DNA of 64,000 nt, from assembly GCA_905178155.1 (NCBI GenBank), contig CAJINV010000008.1, positions 3,229,303 to 3,293,302 of the forward strand. The letters are read 5' to 3'. How positions within the stretch are numbered: the stretch's first letter is position 1; the number at the start of each line of letters is the position of its first letter. Position numbers and translations under genes: made by a program. The notes beneath the pieces are model-generated. The model was not told where the DNA came from, ran no database searches, and saw nothing but the letters and a program-made list of their open reading frames with translations. Source of the DNA: Amoebophrya sp. A120 (Eukaryota; Protista; Dinoflagellata). This document shows, in pieces, positions 1 through 10,482 of this stretch.

Positions 1-1483
1 GAGGTTATTCCTGCGGTTTGCATCTACTCCCGCAAGCGGTGTGGTAGGTACAAGTGTAGGCTTGTGGCGCTGGGCAACCGGCAGAAACAAGTTTTCTCGC
101 ATGAGGTATACTCTCCCACTATTTCAGGGGGGGCCAGCAGGTTTCTACTCGTAGAAGCGGCGGCCCAGGGCCATCACCTGCGTCAGTTCGACGCCACTAG
201 TGCCTTCATCCAGGCGGCGTTGACTGATGAGAGGGCGATCGTTCGGCTTCCAGCACACTGGAGCAAGTCGCCGAGAGGAGACTTGGCGATGCTGCTTAAG
301 TCGCTCTATGGCTTGAGGATAGCCCCACGGAAATGGTATGACCGTTTTTCCAAGGGTCTGAAGTCGCTCGGTTGGGTGATGTGTCCCAGGGAGCCCGGGT
401 TGTTCCGAAAGGAATTGCCTAGCGGCACCATCACGATGGCCATCTTCGTGGATGATTCTTTGATGTCTGGTCCGTGTCCCAAGACTCTGGGCGAGGAGAT
501 GTCGAAGGTCCTGAAATTGTTTCCCGGTACGATCATCGCTCCAGAAATGGACGGCGACGTGGAGACTCGAGATGTTCTCGGTATGGTCGTCAAGTATGAC
601 AGGCCGAAGCGCTGGCTGAAGATGTCCATGGAACAAGCTGTGAGCAAGTTGCTCAAGAAGTTCAACATGGAAGACTGCAAGCCTGCACCTTCGCCCTGTG
701 TGGCTGGCGATCTGCGTGAAGGGGGTCCGGCTGAGTCCTTCCCACTTCGGTCGTTGGTTGGGGGTACGCAATACATCGCGCACCAGACGCGGCCTGCCAT
801 TGTCTTCGCTACCCAACGCGTGGCAAGGGGTCAGGAAGCGCCGACTACTTCTGCGGTAAAGGCAGGCAGACGGATTTTAGCATATCTGAAGGGCGCGAAA
901 GACCAAGGTCTTGAGTACTCTCCAGAGATCGAACGCCAGTGGCGTGAGACCTATGCTGAAATCGCGAAGAACGGCGGCCATGAGTTGCCGGACACTGTTG
1001 CTTTCGGTGATAGTGACTTCGCGGGGTGCACTGCAACACTGCGCAGCGCCAGGCAGTGGGTCGATTCTCTATCACAGAGGCGCCCCGATTGCATGGAGTT
1101 GCAAGCGTCAAACGGTTAAGGCGCTCAGCACCTGCGAGGCTGAGTACGTCGCAACCTTTGACACGATCAAGCTATCCTTGGGGCAAGGGTATCTGGATTG
1201 GTTCCTGGCTGATAGGAGTTTACCTCTTACGTTTGTGGACAATTGTAGCGCCCTGGATTTGGCCAAGTCGTCCCTGGTGACGAAACGGTCGAAGCACATA
1301 GAACTTCGGTTCCATGTGGTTCGGGATCACTCTCGTGACCTGTGTTGGGTTCCCACTGCGGCCAATAAGGCTGACCCATTGACGAAGGCGCTTCCTTCGG
1401 CTGCCTATCTTAGGTTCTTTCATCCTTCCCAACAGGATGATGGGGGGTCTGATTCCGGGTCGGAATCAGAATCGTTTGCATGA
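1..1483 (+). mobile_element. Ty1/copia LTR retrotransposon pol 3' part (reverse transcriptase + RNase H), frameshifted
   Basis: Frame 1 from base 1 has copia RT motifs (YKCRLVALG, QFDATSAFIQA, LLKSLYGLRIAPRKWY, AIFVDD, FGDSDFAG). After a frameshift near 1048-1054 the RNase H continues (GAPIAWSCKRQTVKALSTCEAEY, RSKHIELRFH, NKADPLTKAL) to a stop at 1483. Confidence 0.93.
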
Positions 1484-1496
1484 TGCTAGGGAGCAT

Positions 1497-1748
1497 TGAT
1501 ACTAGAACTACTTCCAAGAAAAATTTCTCGTAATTTCTCCTGCGTATTGGCTAGACGCACCGTAGCCATGTTCCGAAGGGTACCAGTTCGCCGCAGCACT
1601 GGCCGAAACCGAAGAAGAAGAGGAGAAGAAGAAAAGACGCATGTAGTTCAAGGCAACTATGTGGTCTAAACCGATTTTACTATCACTACTACTGTAGTCA
1701 GGTGCTGTCCTGATGAAATTCAGATGCTATTCTGAATGGTTCCAATCA
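1497..1748 (+). repeat. Probable 3' LTR of the copia element
   Basis: Follows the pol stop and a short purine tract (TAGGGAGCA, 1487-1495). Begins TGATACTAGAAC and a candidate end GGTTCCAATCA gives TGAT...ATCA termini. The 5' LTR is outside the window, so the right boundary is unconfirmed. Confidence 0.55.
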
Positions 1749-2133
1749 CACCCACGGTCTTGGTGTGATGTTTGACAAGAAAAATTTCGTGGTGAAATTT
1801 TGTCGGTTGTCTTCAGTAGTTTCGACTGAGGGGGGGAATGTAGGTGAGATCAGAATGCAAATCTGTATCGATCCACATTCGCACCCTGATTCCAGATGAA
1901 ATGACGCCACAAAATCCACGATCTGAAATGACATGATCATCTGTAGTACCACGCTGGTTTGCTGCACATTCAGCAAATGAGCATGATGATGATGATGTTT
2001 ACCCATGCTGTTTTCAGGCTGTCAAGTACTTCTGTACTAGCTGGATAAAGTCCACCACTGTGGTGATACATACTAGATTTCTGGTCTTGACTTTTAGTCA
2101 CTGTGTTCCTCGTCGTGGATTGTTGCGGTACTG

Positions 2134-5100
2134 CTAACAAAACCTTAAGTCATGATCAAATAAAGTGCATTCTTCGAGTTTGTACTTCCCCGGCCTTGCT
2201 CCCAGACTGTCCGCGAAGGGGCCGGCGTAGGTTTGGCGAAAAAATTCGTTTTTGTCATCCCATTCGCGCTGCAGCTGCTTCCACACCTCGTCATTTAAAT
2301 CGCTATCCATGATCTCGTCGATTTTCACGTCGTGCTCCCAGTCCGGCCAGAAGTAGGCCTCAAAGTGCACCAGCGGCGGCCCCCCGCCGGCGTTGGGTAA
2401 GCTGCTGCCCTTCAACTCCGTCTTGGCCCCGTCGAAGGTGCGCACCGTCTCCTTATCGAATGCAAATATGTCTGGGTCTGGAAGATTGCGATACCAGTCA
2501 TGCACGTTTTGCATGAGCCATGACGTTTGTGATGCATGCCCTAGCATCACAGATTCTTTGAGGGCTTCTGGATGCCTATTCCGCATGACAAATGCCTTCT
2601 CCGCGTGGCAAGAGTTGCATTCCCTTTGCCGCTCATGCAATACAGATTTTTTTGGAATCCAAATGCAGCATCACAAGTTGCATTCTTCCAGACCCAGACA
2701 GTTTTGCAGTTGATACTCCTCTTTCTCGAACCACTGGTAGCTTTTCGGCTTCGCAAAGTCGTCATCCGGATCCACCTCGACCGGCTTGACCGGCCCCGTG
2801 AACCCTATGGATTGCAAAACCAAATATCGATCTGGGTTGTAAGTACAACAACTATGGACAGTTCGTTGTATATGCTAATTATACCTGCACGATGACAAAG
2901 CAACTACTTAGAGGACGCAGCGAAGCAAGACAGACTGTTAACGTTAAGCGGTCCTGTCGTACAGCGCGTAAAGCGCATGAGGAAATGCGATATTGCATGA
3001 CAGAGAGAAAGAGCCAGTTCTACTTCTTCCGCAACATGCCTTAGACGATCGATCCGGGAGTATGTTGAGACTTCGGCATCAGATAGAATAGAAATCTGGC
3101 ACTCTTCCTCCAGACCCAGCAGACAACATGTTTGCATTTGATAAGGGCCCGGAGCTGCCGATTCTTGGTCAACAAAATGTCGGCAATGTCGAGGGAATAA
3201 CCGCCGAGGTAGTCCGACGAAGTTTCGTCGTCGTCCCACACCTGGATATTCACGGGCCCCTTCGACTCCAGCTCGAGCTTCAGCGCGGTCTGCTTGTACT
3301 TTTTCACTGCCCGCATGGCCGGGAAGACCAGCCGCACCGGGAAGAAGAGTGTGAAGTTGAACACCGGGCGGCAGGTGCGTTTCAGGATGGGGGAAAATTG
3401 CACCATTCCGTCCCACGCGACCCGCAAATAGGGGTCGGACGTGCCGGCGTCGAAGTCCGCCACGGGCAGGTTCTCGCACTTGGAGATCCGCACCACGAGG
3501 TACTGTTCCTTCGACGACAAGTGGGACACCATTCCGCTGCCCTTGGGCTGCTCCGGCCGCTCCTTCACGTCTGTCTCGGGTTGCTTCATGCCCTGCGACA
3601 GCTCCTGAACCTTGATGTTCCCCACCAGCTCCCCCACGCGGAACCGCGTGCGGTCCGTCGTCAGCGCCTTCACCCGCGCCTTGAAGACCGAGATCTCCAG
3701 CACGGACGTCAACCCAAACAGCGCCCGGCCCACCACGGTCCCCGGGAACGATCCGCTGTCGATCCACTCGGGGGGGTTCCCGGTAGAGGAGCTGACGACG
3801 AAGTACTGGTTCTGCAGGTGGGTGCGGGTTCCGGTGAAGGTAAACACGCCGGGCTTCGCCCAAAAAAATTTCCCCTTCTCCTCGTTCCACATCGTGGTCT
3901 TGATCGTGCAAATCTTCTGTCGCTCCGCCTGCCCGTGCCGGGACTTCGGCACGGCGAAGGTCAGCTTGTTCCGCGACTCCTCGGAGTACTTTTTGTACTC
4001 CGGCAGCGTCTCGTCGCACTTGAAGGTCCAGTTGTCGAAGGACATCTGGTATGAACTGCAAAAGTATGGTACTCGTATTCATGCATAAGGTAAATCCGCA
4101 TTACAAATTTTATAGTATTTATTTCTGACGCTGAGTAAATTTGTAATGCATTTATACGAGTACGATGCTTTTGCACTGCATGTCTGGAAGTCAAACACCT
4201 CCTCAATGTTGATGGAGCAGGAGAAGCGGGCAACGTCGTAGGGCTTTTTCTTCTCCAGAATCTCCTGCTTGGACATCTTCTTTTTCAGCATGAAGTCCTG
4301 GTTCATCGACCGCGTCGCGCACTCGTACAGCGTGCGGCTGATGGTGCCGAAGTATTCGTTGAACTGCCAGTTGTTCACCTTCCACAGGTCGATCTGCAAC
4401 TGGTGCTTGTGCAGCTCGGCGTACGCGAGTTTGAACCGCTTGTTTTCGATCACGATCAGCGGCTCCTCCAGGTCGGCGGCTTGTCCCTTGTCGAGCGAGA
4501 ACATCGCCGTGAACACGGGGCGGAGGCTCACCCGCGGAAGCCGCTTCGCGGTGGTGCTGCGAACGCTGATGGCGAAAAAAAACATCATCGCCTTGTTGGT
4601 AACATTCTCGAAGTCCCGGATCTGGAAATTCATTTCCCAGGTGCGCGACCGCTCGTCCGGCGGAATGTACACGCTCGCGTCCCCGCTGCCCCCACCGATC
4701 GTGCGGCGCATGATGGCCAGCCCCGGCGGCCGGGGAATGCGTGGCCGCGGCAGCTTCGGCACCAGCTTCCCCAACTTCGAAGATCCCTTTTTCTTGTTGT
4801 TCGGGTTCGTCCCGCCCGGATCATCCGTTGTTCCCTCCCCGCCGCCGCCCGCCGTGGGACTGTCATTTTCGTGACCACCGTCCTCCCCAGGAACCTCGAC
4901 GGCCACGTCGTCGGGCTTCGGCTCCTATGAAATGCCAATATGTCTGGGTCTGGAAACTTGTGATGCTAAAATGTGCATGATGAAAACACTTCCGAATGCA
5001 GTCCGGCATGACAACTTCCCAAAACGCTTTCTCATAGGCAATCCGCATGAGAAACTGCGTTTTTGCATGACAAAAGAGGCTGCGACTTTTGTTGGTTATG

Positions 5101-5558
5101 CAATACAGATTTTCTAGGTATGGAAAGCTAGCATCACAAGTTCCAACCTTCCAGACCCAGACATTTTTACAATCGATAGCTCCTGCAGGTCCTCCAACTC
5201 CTGCACCTGCTCAGCGCTATGGATGTGTCAGGTTTGAAATCGTCAAAGTTGAAATAGTTTGTCATGCATAAAACGCATACCAGTTAGACCTACAGTTTGT
5301 AGTCGGTGCATGACAAACTTTCCCGGTCCTGGAAGCGAGTCTGTCATGCGGTTTAGGGCAAAAGAGCTGCTTTCTGTCATGCTAGTTAGCAGTCCAACTT
5401 TTGACGCTTACCAGGACTATAATCTGCCTCCCGTGGGTCCTCTGCAATAGAGTCACTTTTTGTGTCGCATTTTATGCATTACAAATTATTTCAACTCTGA
5501 CGATTTCAAACCTGACGCTTCCATAAGCGCCCCCGCCCGCGTCTTTTGGCGGGGCCAT
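2134..5558 (-). CDS. Multi-exon C2-domain protein, 3' end unresolved; five introner-type introns
   Basis: ATG at 5558 (MAPPKDAGGGAEQVQELEDLQEPKPDDVAVEV...). Removing elements 5218-5525, 4926-5178, 4050-4182, 2806-3143 and 2454-2715, each plus 5 nt, gives one continuous frame. C2 domain with acidic loops: YLVVRISKCENLPVADFDAGTSDPYLRV...IQVWDDDETSSDYLG. Confidence 0.85.
2454..2715. mobile_element. Introner family A (inverted repeats, flanking direct repeat CTCCT)
   Basis: TATCGAATGCAAATATGTCTGGGTCTGGAAG...CTTCCAGACCCAGACAGTTTTGCAGTTGATA, with CTCCT at 2449-2453 and 2716-2720. Removal gives WFEKEE|TVRTF. Confidence 0.92.
2806..3143. mobile_element. Introner family A, degenerate, decayed direct repeat
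   Basis: TATGGATTGCAAA...CCAGACCCAG...TTTGCATTTGATA. Flanks AACCC/AGGGC no longer match, but removal of element + 5 nt still keeps the frame. Confidence 0.75.
4050..4182. mobile_element. Introner family B (direct repeat TCTGG)
   Basis: TATGAACTGCAAAAGTATGGTACTCGTAT...ATACGAGTACGATGCTTTTGCACTGCATG, with TCTGG at 4045-4049 and 4183-4187. Removal gives FDFQMSFDNW. Confidence 0.9.
4926..5178. mobile_element. Introner family A (direct repeat GCTCC)
   Basis: TATGAAATGCCAATATGTCTGGGTCTGGAA...TTCCAGACCCAGACATTTTTACAATCGATA, with GCTCC at 4921-4925 and 5179-5183. Removal gives DLQEPKPDD. Confidence 0.9.
5218..5525. mobile_element. Introner family E with about 56-bp inverted repeats (direct repeat AGCGC)
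   Basis: TATGGATGTGTCAGGTTTGAAATCGTCAAAGTTGAAATA... pairs with ...TATTTCAACTCTGACGATTTCAAACCTGACGCTTCCATA. AGCGC at 5213-5217 and 5526-5530. Removal gives DAGGGA|EQVQ. Confidence 0.92.
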
Positions 5559-7887
5559 GATGACCTTTTATTCCGTGCGGGGGGGCACTTAAAACATATT
5601 GGCGACGACGAGCAGGAACAATTCGGAGGTTTTCCAGTGATTGATGTCGAGCCCTCTAGCGCGACCTACACATCCTCAGCTCCGTCTTGCCCTCGTGAGG
5701 ACCACCGTCACAACCACATACTTAATCGTGTCGTCAGTGACCGGAGAAAAGACCTAAAAGTGGCAGTCAGCTCTGTAGCGCGGAAGCGGGCGCAGCGATA
5801 GACGAAGTTGTCGGGCGCCCGGCGCTCGGCCGGTGTCGCCCCGCCGAACAAGGTACGAGGCCGAAGATCCACAACATGGTACCCGACGACCACGACGGCT
5901 GTCGTATCTCATTCATAACGGCTGCGGCTTGCGTCAATTTCTGCTTGGCTTAGATATGATAGAGGCCTCCACTCATTCGTCTTGCTACCCCGCTGCAGAC
6001 GTCCTGCTCGACCCGAGACAGAAGATTTCCGCGAAAACAAAACTACCATTGTAAGGAGTAGTACATACCCCAAAATCAATGGGCAAGCAGGTGCCTACCA
6101 TGTTGTTTATTTACCGGAAGCCACGAGCGCAACATCGACTGCCATGATAGGAAACGTCCATACCAGCTACGAAAATTGTTGAAGCTGCTTATACTGCATC
6201 TGTTTCTCGTAAAATTCTTTGGCAGAAGTAAGCTGCATCGGGCGGGTGCTGACGATACAAGTGCTGACCAGCATGACCCCGGTAACGGGATTTCTAATAT
6301 ATTTACTACAGATTTTCTTCGTCATGATCTTGCTTTCCCTTTGCCATCTGCCTCGTGTATAGAGAGAAAATAGCTGTACGGAATTTGTGCCACTCCACAC
6401 CTTGTTCGTTGCTTTTGGAAAAGCGACGAAGTTCCATTTTCACTCGAAGTCTTCTCCGTGGCCACGCCCTCTGAAAAATGCACAATTGTTCTACCCTCAA
6501 GTATTACGCGAAACAGAAGCTAACCGGTAATGGTACCTCCTCTTTCCCCTCCTCAAAAAAGCGAACAACAAAGATTTTCATGTGAGGAACCATTATAAAA
6601 ATGAACACGGACTGCTGGAAGATGACACAAAGTTTTTTGCTAAAACGCAAAAGAAAGAGGAACGCAGAAATCCAGCGCAAGGTTGAGTTGATCACTTAGA
6701 TCATATCATGGGGCGTGGCTTGGGAATAGTACAATTGCGCGCATACTTTCTTATGAACTAACATCTCTATCGACTCAGGCGGTAGTTGCAGAGAAATCCA
6801 AATATGTTGACGAACGCGAGCCCCCTGTAGTCAGATGAACAATGTTGTACTTCTCTGCCGCTTCAAATTCTCTGACGCCAACAGCCCGCGCCCCGACTGG
6901 GCTCGCATGGTGTCGAAGTTGTTGTTCTTTTGTTCTCAATCGCAATACTTTCACGCTGGAGAAGTAACTCGCGAGCAGTAGTCGACTACAACTCAGCACT
7001 TCACTGGCTCTGGTGGCGGGCCTAGAACTACAATCTATATCATTGTATCTTGTATCTAATTTAGTCTCCTCGCCCAGTTCTTGCGTCGGCAGCGGGCTCG
7101 AAAATGGTTCATCGTCTAAGTTGTACACTATCGCATTCGTAGCACACCATCATGGGTGGACCGACAGCAGCTTCTGTAGTCTTCAGATCTGCACACAACA
7201 AGTGCCAATTCCGGCGTGGATAAGTGGCCACGTTGTAGACTTACATTGATTCATAGTAGTATGGGCGATGCATCCATTAATTTCCGACTTGCAATTTTGT
7301 TTTCTGTCAGGAAAAAAGCGAAGGCAGCTGCAGAGGTAGAAGGAAAAAATCATTCTTTTTCCACCGCACGGGAACTAAACCTTCAAACTCAAAGCCCTTT
7401 CTATACGATAGCAGGGGGAGCTGGTGCTGCAGCAGCTTCATTTATTACAACATGATCAAGGCTAAAAACTGCAACACCCAACAAGTACACAACAAAGCCA
7501 AGGGAAATTTTATGATAAAAAGGGAAACACGACAAACACAAACAACATTATGCTTGCCAGATAGTGAAAACAAACGAACCTGGTCGCTGCAGCAGCGGCG
7601 CAAAAAAAATCTTGTACACGGGTGCGTTCAGGTCGTGAAGTCAAACGATGCAGACTCGTCGTCCTCGGTGGAATAAGTAACGGCGAACAGGAGCGCTTCT
7701 TCAAGATCGTCTACTGAAACAGACCGTAAGCACATTTCAGCAAAATAAGTCTGACTTTTTGATTGGTTGATCATGCTGGTCGTCGTGGTGACGAACTTTA
7801 TTTCGGAAAATTGTAATCGATTCTGGCCTTGTTCTGTACCAACACAACACTACAACTTCTCAAGGTGAGCAAGCATTAATGTCTATG

Positions 7888-8755
7888 TCATTCGCTATTT
7901 CCCATGTACACAAAGTACCCGATGACGAGCGCGATAATGAGTATGACAATGGGCCCGATGCCGATTCCGCCGCCGCCACCGCCGCCCTCGAGTTCTGATG
8001 TGCGCGGTATCAGTGCTTCTTTCTTCTCCTCCTCGAGGTAACCTGAGGATTATGATATATACGCATAGTTATGTCGATCCCCAACTAAAGAAGCGCGGAC
8101 ATGGTCTGAGCACAGCAGTAAGCACGGCCCTGGAAGAACTTCCGTTGCAGAAAGCAAAAAAAAAACACGTGAACAGAAACTCTACCGATGACTAATCTGT
8201 CGGTCCATTCTCTTGCTGTGTCGGAATGCCCAATATCCTCAAAATCGTCCGTGACATTCTTCCCGGCCAGCGCGAGGATCACCTGATTTTTCGTAATCAA
8301 GCACGTTTGAAAATTTTATCGCGACAAAACCCTGCATCGGCGGATCAGGCAAATTAGATATGCGTCATATACATCAAATAATAAACTGCGCAACTATGAC
8401 TGTTACCTCCGGTCCGCCAGGATGTTCATTTCTCAATTCCTTATTTACGTCGATCACCAGCCCGTGTATTGCGACCTGATAGTCAGTTGTTTTATTTCGT
8501 TTGCATTCTATTGTTGCGCAAGAGTACTTAACTTTCGATCCATCGTGCGGAGCGTCGTGAGTGATGTAGTTGTCACAGGTTTACTTTTATTGTATCAGCA
8601 TGCACATGCAGATGAAGATGCGATTTCAGAAAAATAGAGTAAAAATTGCTTTTCAGTCTTACCCAGCAGTCCTCCTCCGTGTTGTGTTTTGCGAGTTCCT
8701 CTGCCGTGATTAGCCGCCTCTTTGCTATTCTGTCCTCCGGTTTCTGTTGCGTCAT
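7888..8755 (-). CDS. Cytochrome b5, tail-anchored; four exons, three canonical GT-AG introns
   Basis: Exons 8755-8663, 8475-8407, 8282-8186 and 8042-7888 translate to ...ITAEELAKHNTEEDCW|VAIHGLVIDV...EHPGGPE|VILALAGKNVTDDFEDIGHSDTAREW...IG|YL...IGPIVILIIALVIGYFVYMGNSE*. Both heme-ligand motifs (HPGG, GHS) and a C-terminal hydrophobic anchor are present. Confidence 0.93.
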
Positions 8756-10482
8756 CGTGATTGCTGTTCTTCTTTTCCGCAACTATCTACTGCTTGCGCT
8801 TCTTGATGCTGAAAGAAAGTAGAATAGGAAGCTGTAGCTGTGCCTATCTACGGAACGAGAAAAACGGGGTGTGTGCTGGCCGCAGTGGTGGCGTGCTTCC
8901 AAGACAAACCAGCCACGACACGATTGGGATTTTTGCGCAGGGACCACGAAAAGGATAAGAAAACTTCTTCTCAATTTCTTCGCTTTGTGATTACGTTGTC
9001 ACGGTCAAAAATTATAACTAGTTAGTCGGCTTGCTATTTTTTGTAAAATTTTTGATAGCATAGAAACGAGGACAAGGACAACGTGTTGCTCGTACTATTT
9101 TATTCTGGTGTAAATCTGCTTCTGAGTGGAACGAAAGTGTGCTGCTTTTAACGCCAGGAACTACTACGCTCGTTGTGCTTGTTTGTGTTTGTTCCTCGTC
9201 CGCTCCTGCAATCTCAACAGTAGCTGTGTCTTAAAACTCTTGGTCGTGCTCCTCACTTCGAGGCCGTTGGTTAAAATAACTTATGTACTTCTACTTCTTC
9301 GTGCGCCGCCCGCAAGCGCAAATGAAGGTTTATACACAGAGAGGTTCGAATGAAAAAACTTCTTCTACAAAATGAAAAGCTAAATACAATGCTTGGGTAG
9401 TGCTTGTACTGTTGCGGCCAAAAAACTGTAACTTCCGTGAGAAAAGTTAAAGTTCTGTATCAGGTGTGATAACTGATAAATTTTTGTAAACAAAGCTGCG
9501 AGCTTGCCAATATTTGTATTTCTCGTCGCCTTGCGTGCTCAGAAGATTTTCTGCACAGAAAAAACCTGTTAAAGCGTGCAAGATTCCTGTCCGGCAAGAC
9601 GTGGATTCCTGTCCTGCAAATTAACCAAAACGAAAATTCAACGGATTAAATTTTTGACATGGATAATACTTGTCCGAGGCGTCAACCTCATTCATGCTCT
9701 GCAATGAATACTCCCACGGCAGCCAGAGAGAAAGAGAAAACTATTAGAGCTGCGCGGGCATACAAAGAAATTTCGATGGGTTCTAGTGATGAAGAGCCTG
9801 GACCATCACAATTTCAACATTTTCTTTGTGATTTTACGACCGTGAGGAAAATTTATTCCGCTTGCAAATTTGAAATTTCGTGATCAATCTCAATATTTCC
9901 TCTAGACCGACACCAGTGCACCATCAGCTCGCTCAGTGTTTGGACGAGACCATTTTACCGTCGAAGAACACGCGATGAGTGATTAGTCTCAGGAGGTCAG
10001 GTGTTGGTGTAGGTGACCACCTTTAAAATTCCGATCAGGATCATTTCTTTATTTTAGTACCTTCACACGTTTATTATCTGTCTTGCGCCATCTGCAAACT
10101 GAACTCAGTGTACGCATACGCATTTACTTGATTCCATAGTTAGTGGATTGTGCAATCGTTGTGCAAAAACACCATGCTAGATGGGTAGAGCCGTGACTTT
10201 CTATGTCCGCCTCGTGAAGACGATGTGCCGCGCTGTAAAAAAGAAATTCTTAAACGTAAGATGATTCATCTTGCATGTGATGATAGACATACAGACATGA
10301 GTTGTTTTTCTTTGGTTACAGAAAAGCGCGAAAGCCACATTTGAGAAGGAGCGACAGCAGGTATGATAGGTACGTGATGTAGTAGTTCCGCCCTAGTGAC
10401 GACATGCATCTCCTGCTGCCTCCTGTACAAGCGACCAGTAGTCTACGTACCTACTAGCAGATCAGGACACAACTCTAAGCTT

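Noticed and set aside
1559-1572. ACCGTAGCCATGTT in the LTR resembling the 5' half of the dinoflagellate spliced leader
   Set aside because: Lacks the 3' GGCTCAAG portion and any downstream donor; chance match plausible.
2393-2765. Recurrent peptides such as FQTQTF, NLPDPDIFAFD and YGEGGFF in ORFs at 2.5, 5, 16.7, 27 and 58.7 kb
   Set aside because: Translations of introner inverted repeats, not a protein family.
2904-4088. Long overlapping ORFs in alternative frames and on the plus strand (also near 14287, 37621, 46257)
   Set aside because: Shadow ORFs of GC-rich exons; the recognisable domains are in the minus-strand frames.
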